Origin: a virus
Strand: one strand, 5' to 3'
Length of the DNA: 64,000 bases
IMG/VR virus record: IMGVR_UViG_3300012944_000006
Shown: piece by piece, positions 17,712 through 25,219 of the stretch
How positions within the stretch are numbered: position 1 is the stretch's first letter
How the letters are laid out: every line of letters begins with the position of its first letter
The notes under the pieces: generated by a model
Seen by the model: only the letters and a program-made list of their open reading frames with translations
What the model was told of the DNA's origin: nothing
Database searches by the model: none
Translations under genes and position numbers: made by a program

Positions 17712-17939
17712 ATGAGTTCAATCGAGTATTGTGGATGTGTTGCTGCTCCCGCACGTGGCTCAGTCAAGTGTGGTGGTAGTAAGTCTAAATCTATGTTCAA
17801 CATGCCAGTCATCCGTTCGGCTGGCGCACAGTATCAGGATTCCATCTACGGCATTGGCATGCGTGTTCACAATGAACGTGTTGTAAAAAACAAGGTAACA
17901 GGACATCGTTGCACTGTTTGCGAATCCACCAAATCCTAA
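17712..17939 (+). CDS. small Cys-rich protein (possible zinc ribbon)
   Basis: CGC...KCGG ... HRCTVCES; motif copy and ggag upstream. Confidence 0.55.
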   Translation: MSSIEYCGCVAAPARGSVKCGGSKSKSMFNMPVIRSAGAQYQDSIYGIGMRVHNERVVKNKVTGHRCTVCESTKS

Positions 17940-18104
17940 GTAGAACAAAATCTGCGGGGGTACTGTCATGCTCAACTAATCGATTTGACAGGGAGCCTAA
18001 AAACTCCCTTCATCGGAGCCAATAACATCCAGCCTCTACGTGGCGGCTCTAACAATGTCAGGTTGTAACCCCGATAACTAATGGGTGGATTTTAGGGAGT
18101 AAAC

Positions 18105-18338
18105 ATGATCCGAGGACGAAAACAACGTTGGTCTGGGTCTGGGTCTGGATCTGGGTCTTGGTCTAGGACTGGGTTTTGGTCTGGATCTGGGTCTTGGTCT
18201 TGGACTGGATCTGGGTCTAGGACTGGATCTAGGACTGGATCTGGATCTGGGTCTTGGTCTTGGTCTAGGACTGGGTCTTGGTCTAGGACTGGATCTAGGA
18301 CTGGATCTAGGACTGGATCTAGGACTGGGTCTTGGTAA
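18105..18338 (+). CDS. Ser/Gly/Trp/Thr/Arg dipeptide-repeat protein, copy 2
   Basis: Same first 11 codons and same length (77 aa) as 16294-16527; gggag RBS 7 nt upstream. Confidence 0.6.
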   Translation: MIRGRKQRWSGSGSGSGSWSRTGFWSGSGSWSWTGSGSRTGSRTGSGSGSWSWSRTGSWSRTGSRTGSRTGSRTGSW

Positions 18339-18347
18339 AGAGTAAAA
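18105..18347 (+). repeat. hexanucleotide-periodic array, direct repeat copy 2
   Basis: Same unit set; 10 GATC sites in 18107-18320; ends tcttggtaaagagtaa as in copy 1. Confidence 0.95.
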
Positions 18348-18359
18348 AAGGAGACCATA

Positions 18360-18509
18360 ATGAACGAAAAACAAATCCGAGATGATCTTAAAGTGATCGA
18401 CGAAACCACCGATGATCAACTCGATACCTATATTAAGCAAGGGCTGTTACTCCTTGCAGCAATAGCCATAAACCTTTCAATTATTACCCATCGTTTGGGT
18501 GATAAGTAA
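18360..18509 (+). CDS. 49-aa protein with C-terminal hydrophobic helix
   Basis: aaggaga RBS; GLLLLAAIAINLSIIT segment. Confidence 0.45.
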   Translation: MNEKQIRDDLKVIDETTDDQLDTYIKQGLLLLAAIAINLSIITHRLGDK

Positions 18510-18511
18510 GT

Positions 18512-18718
18512 TTGCCAATAGCGATGACTGCATACGAGCGACAATTCGACCGAATCATAGGCGAGATGATAACAGCGGTGGGACATCTAGCCAACGGGCT
18601 ACAGCTCGATCAGTCACTGTCAGATCCGGATGTAGCATCGCTATGGCAAAACCTTTCAGCCAGTGACCTAGAATTCTTAGGAGAAATGAAATGCGAGAGT
18701 ATAAAGGCTGCTTTATAA
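18512..18718 (+). CDS. hypothetical protein
   Basis: 68-aa ORF (TTG; alternative ATG at 18524). Confidence 0.45.
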   Translation: MPIAMTAYERQFDRIIGEMITAVGHLANGLQLDQSLSDPDVASLWQNLSASDLEFLGEMKCESIKAAL

Positions 18719-18918
18719 GGGCCAGACAAGATGTTATCGAAAGACACAAGGCTATAGCTATCCATTATGGGATCAGCTTTAAAACACTAACGGAATCTTT
18801 ACTCGGCCCTGAACGATTTATGACAATGACTCCCCTAGCTCGTAAAGTCATTGTAAACGATCTTAAACGGCAAGCCAAAAAGGTGGCAGTTACTAAAAGC
18901 CAGATAATAGGGGGTTAA
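18691..18918 (+). CDS. hypothetical protein
   Basis: 75-aa ORF in + operon. Confidence 0.5.
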   Translation: MREYKGCFIRARQDVIERHKAIAIHYGISFKTLTESLLGPERFMTMTPLARKVIVNDLKRQAKKVAVTKSQIIGG

Positions 18919-18927
18919 TGCCTGGTG
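18907..18927 (-). promoter_or_regulatory. dispersed motif copy, reverse relative to the gene, contains GTG start 18925
   Basis: atagggggttaatgcctggtg. Confidence 0.45.
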
Positions 18928-19233
18928 CATGAAATTCTTCAAGACGTAAGTAATTATGTCGAAGATGAACGCTACTTCGGTAGAGAAGCCTTCAATGCAG
19001 CTATGACTATGCTGGCTGAGGCTAACAACGATGTCAACAAGGCTATAATCAAGGGGACATTGGATTGCTTTGATGTCCCGCGCATTAACAAGGAACGGGA
19101 CGAACTCGAACGTCGGATGAAGGCGCGTCTACACTTCACAAGAATGAAGATGCAGGAACGTCAATCGGGCAAGCCACGTAGAACTGCTCGGCAAAGCCTA
19201 ACGTTTGCTGACATTAAAGAAAGGAACAAATGA
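18925..19233 (+). CDS. hypothetical protein
   Basis: GTG start lies inside a reverse-oriented motif copy (gcctgGTGcat). Confidence 0.5.
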   Translation: MHEILQDVSNYVEDERYFGREAFNAAMTMLAEANNDVNKAIIKGTLDCFDVPRINKERDELERRMKARLHFTRMKMQERQSGKPRRTARQSLTFADIKERNK

Positions 19234-19463
19234 ACGAATCATATCGCAAGGGTTATATGGATGCTTTGCTAGTCGTTCAAGGAATGGCAGCAGGATCGTT
19301 ATCTCTTGCTCCGTTTGTTAAGCGTATTAAAGAACATAAAGCACAAACTACAAAAGGAGGTCGTTTTGAGATTAAGAAAGTTACTCGTACCCCTTATCCT
19401 GGTTGCAAGTGCAGCTACTGCCAGAGCTCAAGAGCCTCCAAAGACACTACAAATCCAAGGTGA
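19230..19463 (+). CDS. hypothetical protein (3' part overlaps the next gene)
   Basis: ATGA coupling to the upstream ORF; C-terminal CKCSYC. Confidence 0.45.
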   Translation: MNESYRKGYMDALLVVQGMAAGSLSLAPFVKRIKEHKAQTTKGGRFEIKKVTRTPYPGCKCSYCQSSRASKDTTNPR

Positions 19464-19830
19464 CCTGTGGGAAGTCTCAGTCTTTAGTTTCGATCATATT
19501 ACCAGTAGTAAGGGATATGAGACCTTCTTTTTACTTGAAGGTTATACCTTGTGCAATACACGTCAGATCTGGCTGGACAATCGAAATGATGAGGAACGCA
19601 AAGAGAGAGTAAACACTCTTTTACACGAAGCTACTCACGCTGAAGCTTGTAAACGTGGAGGCACGAATAAAGGCTATACGTATTACAATTCTTCTGACCC
19701 GGGTTCTCATGAGGGGATCTATCACATAGCAGATGCTATGGAAGATTTGTTAACACACAATCCTGAGCTTCTCAAATGGATAGGAGAATATCGTGTTCCA
19801 AAGCTTTCAAGTGACACAGAATCACATTAA
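19366..19830 (+). CDS. secreted HExxH protein (possible Zn-metallopeptidase)
   Basis: TTG start 5 nt after aaggagg; signal-like RLRKLLVPLILVASAATARA; LLHEATHAEA motif. Confidence 0.55.
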   Translation: MRLRKLLVPLILVASAATARAQEPPKTLQIQGDLWEVSVFSFDHITSSKGYETFFLLEGYTLCNTRQIWLDNRNDEERKERVNTLLHEATHAEACKRGGTNKGYTYYNSSDPGSHEGIYHIADAMEDLLTHNPELLKWIGEYRVPKLSSDTESH

Positions 19831-20074
19831 TGCAGGACATAAATCAGATATTAGATTATGTCCGATAGCTCTCGCTATTAATGGGGAACTAAAACCTGAA
19901 TATCGAGCGTGGATTGGAATGTGGGGTATGCATATTACTGAAGGAGACAAACGTGTTTTTTCAGAACAACTCCCTACTTTAGTAAGACGATTTCGGTATG
20001 ATTTCGACAACTATAACCACGTTACACCCATCTCCTTCACCCTCTCAATCCCTGCAAAATATGTCAAAGACTAA
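19793..20074 (+). CDS. hypothetical protein
   Basis: GTG start with ggagaa RBS. Confidence 0.5.
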   Translation: MFQSFQVTQNHINAGHKSDIRLCPIALAINGELKPEYRAWIGMWGMHITEGDKRVFSEQLPTLVRRFRYDFDNYNHVTPISFTLSIPAKYVKD

Positions 20075-20075
20075 G

Positions 20076-20228
20076 ATGTATGTCCTTGAGTATTCTATCG
20101 GAACACTTTATGGGTTGTTCCGATATGGATCTAAACGCAAGAAAATGAACAAGATAGTCCAAAAGCTTCATAAGAAGCACGGAAAGAGATTCAATTGGGC
20201 ACTGTTAAAAGTGCTGGACAGGGATTAA
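20076..20228 (+). CDS. small basic protein (start 20061 or 20076)
   Basis: Lys/Arg-rich 50 aa; no clear RBS. Confidence 0.4.
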   Translation: MYVLEYSIGTLYGLFRYGSKRKKMNKIVQKLHKKHGKRFNWALLKVLDRD

Positions 20229-20471
20229 ATGACTCCTAATGAAACCTTACTTAATGCCATCAGTCAGATGGCTCAGACTACTGAGGACGGCGAGGACTTT
20301 GAAGACTCCTACGCCATCCTCGATGCCGCCAGAACGATGGCTGGTGAGACAGAACTCAAACTTGCAATGGATTCACTCTATCTTGGAAACAGAGGTAGAG
20401 CCACCAAGGAACGAGATTTTATGAACAATGCCCTTTACAATCGAGAGATTGATAAAAGAATGAGATTCTAA
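20229..20471 (+). CDS. small acidic protein
   Basis: 80 aa, Asp/Glu-rich N-terminal half. Confidence 0.55.
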   Translation: MTPNETLLNAISQMAQTTEDGEDFEDSYAILDAARTMAGETELKLAMDSLYLGNRGRATKERDFMNNALYNREIDKRMRF

Positions 20472-20557
20472 TGGTAGGAGTTTCTATCTTGTTCGCAATG
20501 TTTCTTTGCGGTGTATTTTTCGGAGTGGCTCTTGTTCGAGCCTTCACCAGGCATTAA
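20471..20557 (+). CDS. 28-aa hydrophobic micro-ORF
   Basis: TAATG overlap with the upstream stop; MVGVSILFAMFLCGVFFGVALV; its stop is the TAA inside the motif copy at 20545. Confidence 0.3.
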   Translation: MVGVSILFAMFLCGVFFGVALVRAFTRH

Positions 20558-20567
20558 CCCCCTCTAT
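20545..20567 (+). promoter_or_regulatory. dispersed motif copy
   Basis: caccaggcattaaccccctctat then taggagagtt ATG 20578. Confidence 0.5.
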
Positions 20568-20577
20568 TAGGAGAGTT

Positions 20578-20766
20578 ATGATTCTGCATCACGGAACCAT
20601 CAAGGGTCTAGGTTATCGTCAAATAACCTGCACTGAATGTGGGGCATCGGAAACCTTGCCTCCCGATCAAGATCATCATTGCGTAGGATCTGGGAGTCCA
20701 AGTCAGATGACATTCGTGGATTCTTGGCTTTCTGACAAATTCGATGCTGGACATTGTGGAGGTTAA
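20578..20766 (+). CDS. small zinc-ribbon-like protein
   Basis: Trimmed to the ATG 10 nt after the motif plus aggag RBS; CTECG...HHCVG. Confidence 0.55.
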   Translation: MILHHGTIKGLGYRQITCTECGASETLPPDQDHHCVGSGSPSQMTFVDSWLSDKFDAGHCGG

Positions 20767-20767
20767 A

Positions 20768-21049
20768 ATGATCATTCGTTTTAAAACTAAATCAGGCTCT
20801 AAGTATCAAATTGATTATGAAGCTCGGGTATGGGAATGTTTCTATGCCGGTGTGAAGTCCAAAATTCGGATTGATACTGGGGTGTTCTTTAACAATCCTA
20901 TTGTTAAGTTGGGCGAACGTGTTGTGATCTTAGGCCCTGCTTTACAAGAGGGTATGTTCGGACGTTTCATTTCAACATCCCCAGTTCAGAGCTTTGAACA
21001 GTTTTATAACGAAAACGAGCTTAAGGAGGCATTGTCAGATGTCGGTTAG
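20768..21049 (+). CDS. hypothetical protein
   Basis: Trimmed to the ATG after the ggagg RBS. Confidence 0.55.
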   Translation: MIIRFKTKSGSKYQIDYEARVWECFYAGVKSKIRIDTGVFFNNPIVKLGERVVILGPALQEGMFGRFISTSPVQSFEQFYNENELKEALSDVG

Positions 21050-22331
21050 TTTAAAAGATGTTCCAGAAAACACTCTGTTTAAGTTCGTTAAGAGTGAGAA
21101 AACCAAAGACGCTTACGAATCATCTATTACTATTTTAGCAAATGTTGATTATTACTGGTATAATTCTACTCCTGGATGTATTGCCAATCCTTATCTTGTG
21201 CAATTAGGTTTTTGTACCTATAGGATGCCTAAAGAAACTTGGGCTGAATTTCAAGTGGAAATCGAGACTGATTCGATTAAACAACTTAATTTAAAGACAA
21301 AGAATTTTTTCCAACTTCGTGCTCTGACAGGTTGGGACCCGGAACTCTTTGTTGTAGATGAGAAGAACAAGATTATTCCAGCCTTTGAGTTCCTTCCTCC
21401 GAAGCCAATGGCATTAAATATTAAACGTTATATGTATCCACAAACCCTCTATTCTGATGGCTTTGCAAGCGAATGGACTTGCGGTGTGCATGATTGCCAC
21501 GGTTGGGGAATTGACACTATTCGAGAAGGTATTAAAAGAACGTTCTATGCTGCTCGTGCCCACAATCCGAAAGCGAACGTTACTCTTCAAAATACTTTCA
21601 TCATCTCTCCGATTCGGATGAAGCGCTACAATGATGAACAAATTCGGCTTGGCTGCAATCCATCGAAGAATGCTTATGGTGATGAACCTATCCAAATTCT
21701 TGATGCTCGGAAGGTTGGCTTCCGAAGCGCCGGCGGACACATACATTTTAGTATTTCTGAATATTGGAAGAAAACAGCAACTCGTGATAATTGGGGTGCT
21801 CTTGCACAAGGAATGGATCTGTTTTTAGGTCTTCCTTGTGTTGCGCTTTTCAGTGGAATTGATAATCCACTTCGTAGAACGCTTTATGGGAGAGCTGGAG
21901 AATATCGCACTCCTCCATATGGTATTGAATACCGTGTGCTTTCAAATGCATGGCTTGGGATGCCTGAGATCACCCATCTTGTGATGAATACAGCTCGATC
22001 CGCTACAAAACTCGGGCGTCTAACCAAGGAAGAGCTTAACGGGCTTATGGCTCCAGAGGAACTTAAAGAAATCATCAATGTCTGCGATGTTCCGAGAGCC
22101 AGGGCTTTTGTGGAAAAGCATTGGAATCTCTTCCTTAACCTATCGGATCTGGGTTCTTTTAATCTTTCAAAGAAACTGTGGATGGATGGTGTTAAACACC
22201 ATTTTCCAAACTATGACACTCAAATTCTTGAAAACTGGTTGATTCCAGAGAGTCCTATACAACTCGATCCTTGGATAGCCCATTCCAACGATTCTAAAAA
22301 AACTTGGGGTCAATTGGCTACAAAACTATGA
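21039..22331 (+). CDS. COOH-NH2 ligase (GS/GCS2-like amidoligase), paralog 1
   Basis: Ordered motifs GWDPELFVV ... SDGFASEW ... SAGGHIHF ... GIEYRVLSNAWL shared with 25216-26724 and 29727-30650; aaggagg RBS. Confidence 0.7.
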   Translation: MSVSLKDVPENTLFKFVKSEKTKDAYESSITILANVDYYWYNSTPGCIANPYLVQLGFCTYRMPKETWAEFQVEIETDSIKQLNLKTKNFFQLRALTGWDPELFVVDEKNKIIPAFEFLPPKPMALNIKRYMYPQTLYSDGFASEWTCGVHDCHGWGIDTIREGIKRTFYAARAHNPKANVTLQNTFIISPIRMKRYNDEQIRLGCNPSKNAYGDEPIQILDARKVGFRSAGGHIHFSISEYWKKTATRDNWGALAQGMDLFLGLPCVALFSGIDNPLRRTLYGRAGEYRTPPYGIEYRVLSNAWLGMPEITHLVMNTARSATKLGRLTKEELNGLMAPEELKEIINVCDVPRARAFVEKHWNLFLNLSDLGSFNLSKKLWMDGVKHHFPNYDTQILENWLIPESPIQLDPWIAHSNDSKKTWGQLATKL

Positions 22332-22594
22332 ACGATTGTTCAGTTTGTCATGAAGGAATATTGCTCAATCCATCTACAGGTAGGGTGTCTGCTTGTACTG
22401 CTTGTGGTGGGATGGGAGAAGTTGATCCCAATGCCATCTGTGCTTGTGGTAGAGCCGCTGTTGGTCGGAAAGATGGATTTGCCATTTGTGGTCGAGCTGA
22501 ATGTTTAGAGAATTTTAAACGAGAGGTAAAAATATCAAGTTTTGGGACTCATTCCCCTGCTTATAACACTTGGCAAGAGTACCAAGGGGATTAA
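22328..22594 (+). CDS. zinc-ribbon protein with DnaJ-type CxxCxGxG motif
   Basis: CSVCHEG ... CTACGGMGE ... CACG ... CGRAEC; ATGA coupling to ligase 1. Confidence 0.55.
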   Translation: MNDCSVCHEGILLNPSTGRVSACTACGGMGEVDPNAICACGRAAVGRKDGFAICGRAECLENFKREVKISSFGTHSPAYNTWQEYQGD

Positions 22595-22894
22595 CGAGGT
22601 CGGTAGGAGGAAGTAACAGAGTGAAACGCCTAGATTCTATTTCCGGTTAGCGCCTGCTCAGGCTAAACAACTTTAGGGTTTCCTAAATTGGACTGGAAAT
22701 AGGTGTCAGGTCGTTACTTGAATATGGTTTTCAGTAGAGCCTCTGGGGGCGGAGCAACTAAGGTAGGTGGATTCGTCCGTCTATAAGTGTGTTCCCCGAT
22801 TCAAACCAAGCTCCTACGGGGCCATATGAGAGTAGTGGAATGACAATCTAGAGGATACGCTTCTGCGATGCTTCCTCCTTAGACAATTTTTGAG
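22595..22894 (+). ncRNA. ~300-nt structured non-coding segment (candidate cis-regulatory or independent RNA)
   Basis: Nested helices 22605-22613/22871-22879, 22630-22636/22845-22851, 22637-22647/22692-22702 plus local hairpins; no ORF. Confidence 0.4.
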
Positions 22895-22900
22895 GTGACT

Positions 22901-23284
22901 ATGGAACAAACTAAAGTCTTCGTCTACGGAACCTTAAAGCAGGGAGAGGTTTCACACCACTTCCTAGAGCATATGAAGGCACGCTTCATTGCGAAAGACA
23001 CCGTTGTTGGTCGGATTGTAACGGTTCTAGGGAGGTATCCCGGTCTCGTTCCTAGTCCTACAGGTCTTGTATCTGGAGAAGCTTATGAGATTCCGGTCAC
23101 TGGATTATTGACCTTGGACATATACGAAGGCACCGATCATGGTCTTTACGAGCGTAAGCAGGTTATGACTACCGGTGGTGAATGTGTGTGGGCATACTTC
23201 GCTAAGAGGGGATTTGAGCCCGGTATTTATGTGGAATCTTCATCCCCGATGACATACTCTTGGGGCCACGGGAGTATGGAATAG
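22901..23284 (+). CDS. gamma-glutamylcyclotransferase / AIG2-GGACT family protein
   Basis: VFVYGTLKQGE ... YPGLVP ... VSGEAYEI ... LDIYEG ... YERKQV, the family signature order. Confidence 0.85.
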   Translation: MEQTKVFVYGTLKQGEVSHHFLEHMKARFIAKDTVVGRIVTVLGRYPGLVPSPTGLVSGEAYEIPVTGLLTLDIYEGTDHGLYERKQVMTTGGECVWAYFAKRGFEPGIYVESSSPMTYSWGHGSME

Positions 23285-23533
23285 GTTTAAGCTTCCTAGC
23301 CACGTAAACGGTCTAGGATGTAAATCCTTCTCTTCGGAGAGGGTCCAAAGACTTAACACAAGTCTTCGGCATAAGGTAACACCTGAAAGCGCCCTCAAAG
23401 GGGGACCAAGTAGGGAGAGCATAGTCAATGTGCCCGGCCAGCACATCCTTCCCAAAAGACTATGCTTAGAGGACACGCGACTCTGTTAGGAGAGTCCTAC
23501 GTAGCTCCTACCCAAGTTTAGAAAAGGAGAAGT
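23285..23533 (+). ncRNA. ~250-nt structured non-coding segment
   Basis: UUCG-capped 7-bp hairpin 23326-23343; hairpin 23349-23365; 9-bp helix 23418-23426/23458-23466 enclosing 23428-23433/23441-23446; hairpin 23479-23496. Confidence 0.4.
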
Positions 23534-23917
23534 ATGGCAGAAAAGAAGCCGTTGATGCAATTGACGTTGGCAGCTCTTAGGAAGAAGTATCCTGAGGGGG
23601 AGTATGGGAATAACTATAGTTGTTACCACAACGATTTTTATCTACAGTCTAGGGGATTTTATCACTGCTGTGGAGCTCTAGAGATTGGGGTGTTTGATGG
23701 CTTTCAAGATGGTGATCCTGAAAAGAATCAAGCCTTTCTTGCTCGTGCCATTAAAGAATTCATGTTTAGTAATAGGGTTAGAACTGTGTTCTGTTCAACC
23801 ATAACTGCCCAAAAAGAAGAAAGGGCAGCTTTAGAGGCCATCGGGTTTGCAGAAGTCACCACAAGTATCAATCCCAAGACCCGTAATCGAATCACATTCT
23901 GGGCTTATTCGGAGTAA
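23534..23917 (+). CDS. hypothetical protein (weak GNAT-like C-terminal resemblance)
   Basis: aaggaga RBS; ...ALEAIGFAEV...NPKTRNRITFW resembles the GNAT C-terminal strand-helix; weak. Confidence 0.5.
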   Translation: MAEKKPLMQLTLAALRKKYPEGEYGNNYSCYHNDFYLQSRGFYHCCGALEIGVFDGFQDGDPEKNQAFLARAIKEFMFSNRVRTVFCSTITAQKEERAALEAIGFAEVTTSINPKTRNRITFWAYSE

Positions 23918-23919
23918 GC

Positions 23920-24438
23920 ATGGCGGAACTTAGAGTTCCAATTCGACTCATCTGGCGGTTATGTTATCCGGCTGGACATCGGTTGAATCCAAATCCGGTT
24001 CTTACAGACGAACAGCGTAAGAATCCTGTAGATGCAATCGTTGTCCAAGCTAGGGTTGTGCCGAGTCGTAATACATCCTTTGAGAAAGGCAATCTCCCAG
24101 AGCATGACTACAAGTATTATCAAGGCAGCTCGATGATTAATAGTCAAGTGGCAACATGCCGTTGGTGTCAAACGGTTGTCTATGGGGAGAAAGCACGACT
24201 AGAACATAAAGCCGGAGGTTGTTTACATTGGATAGATGTGCTTGGAGAATGGATGCGGACGGATGGGTCTTGTGTTGTTTGTGAGACGAAGACTAGCTTC
24301 GCTAAATGGGGCATTCCCTTATGTAGCACGAACTGCATCAATGCGTTTCGATACTTCAGCCCAACGCCTTGGAGAGATGAACAACTAATAGTGAAAAACT
24401 TCGAGAAGGGGCGAAAAGTCGGTCATGTTAAGGTATAG
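23920..24438 (+). CDS. Cys-rich zinc-finger protein
   Basis: CRWC...HKAGGC ... CVVC...CSTNC. Confidence 0.55.
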   Translation: MAELRVPIRLIWRLCYPAGHRLNPNPVLTDEQRKNPVDAIVVQARVVPSRNTSFEKGNLPEHDYKYYQGSSMINSQVATCRWCQTVVYGEKARLEHKAGGCLHWIDVLGEWMRTDGSCVVCETKTSFAKWGIPLCSTNCINAFRYFSPTPWRDEQLIVKNFEKGRKVGHVKV

Positions 24439-25219
24439 CTATCGAACCGCTAGGGCTTTGAATTTTGGGGATAGATACGCTACTAGAACACCGTTTCCAG
24501 GCCGTTGGCCTCTACGTCTGATAATCAGTAAACGTGAAAATCAAGTAGAGACCGGCAAGGATATAACTGTCTATAACGGAAAGCCATCTCGAAATGCTTG
24601 GCGGATTTGGGAGAATTGTATACGAGATCCTGATCGGCATCGAACGGTTTGGTATCGGGGTTGGCTCTATGATCGACACGCAAGATGCGCTGTTTTTAGT
24701 GACCTAGATGGAGATGGTGGCTTTCGTAGAAGCGCATTGTTCTTCCGTTATTACTTCATGCCGGAGGGTTGCAACGACAAGGCGATATTTGAGTCACAAC
24801 CTCTTAGGATTCGAGAAGGGGCGATCTTTGTGAATCCTCGCTTTGAATATCCCAAGGCCCAGTTTCATGCTGGATTAAGGTCCAATATCCGAGGCGGCAA
24901 TAAGGCACGAATGCCGGAGAACATTCAGGAGCTGGGTGAGTATATGTATCCACAATTCCTCAATAACCCCCCCCTACCAGGCCCTAATACCCCTCGTCGT
25001 CCGGGGCAGAGAGTTATAGCAGTACACGCTCCAGAAGAAGAAGCAGAACATACAAGGCTGTTTGGGGTGTTTAATAAAATTCGAACGGGAATAGGTACTC
25101 CTGTTGTCTTTAGAGAACCGCCTATAAGGTTCCCTCGGTGGGTTGTTACGACGGTTGAGCCTCCATTGGGGCCAGAGCAGCCAAATGATCCGTATCAAGA
25201 TGAGGACGGGAACGCATGA
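24425..25219 (+). CDS. hypothetical protein, Pro-rich C-terminus
   Basis: 264-aa ORF; carries an in-frame motif copy (LPGPNTPRRP). Confidence 0.55.
   Translation: MLRYSYRTARALNFGDRYATRTPFPGRWPLRLIISKRENQVETGKDITVYNGKPSRNAWRIWENCIRDPDRHRTVWYRGWLYDRHARCAVFSDLDGDGGFRRSALFFRYYFMPEGCNDKAIFESQPLRIREGAIFVNPRFEYPKAQFHAGLRSNIRGGNKARMPENIQELGEYMYPQFLNNPPLPGPNTPRRPGQRVIAVHAPEEEAEHTRLFGVFNKIRTGIGTPVVFREPPIRFPRWVVTTVEPPLGPEQPNDPYQDEDGNA

Noticed and set aside
16294-18347. CRISPR array interpretation of the two repeat blocks
   Set aside because: The period is 6 nt with no unique spacers of 25-40 nt and no longer repeat unit. No cas genes are present.
18078-18440. Minus-strand ORFs 18078-18440 and 18092-18409 across repeat array 2
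   Set aside because: Same reasoning as for array 1. Their N- and C-terminal parts differ between the two loci, whereas the + frame ORF is preserved at exactly 77 codons.
20506-20766. Upstream TTG start for ORF 20506-20766, and similar N-terminal extensions of 55652-57487, 57462-58304, 58286-60109, 27715-28500 and 20994-22331
   Set aside because: The extensions run through motif copies or upstream genes and lack an RBS. Internal ATGs have an RBS, coupling overlaps or signal-peptide starts, so the shorter forms were annotated.
22595-23533. Group I intron (or similar) carrying the cyclotransferase gene as an intron ORF
   Set aside because: The flanking ORFs (22328-22594 and 23534-23917) look complete, each with its own stop or RBS, and do not read as halves of one gene. 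I could not identify a P7/P3 core by eye. Not fully excluded; RT-PCR across the region would settle it.
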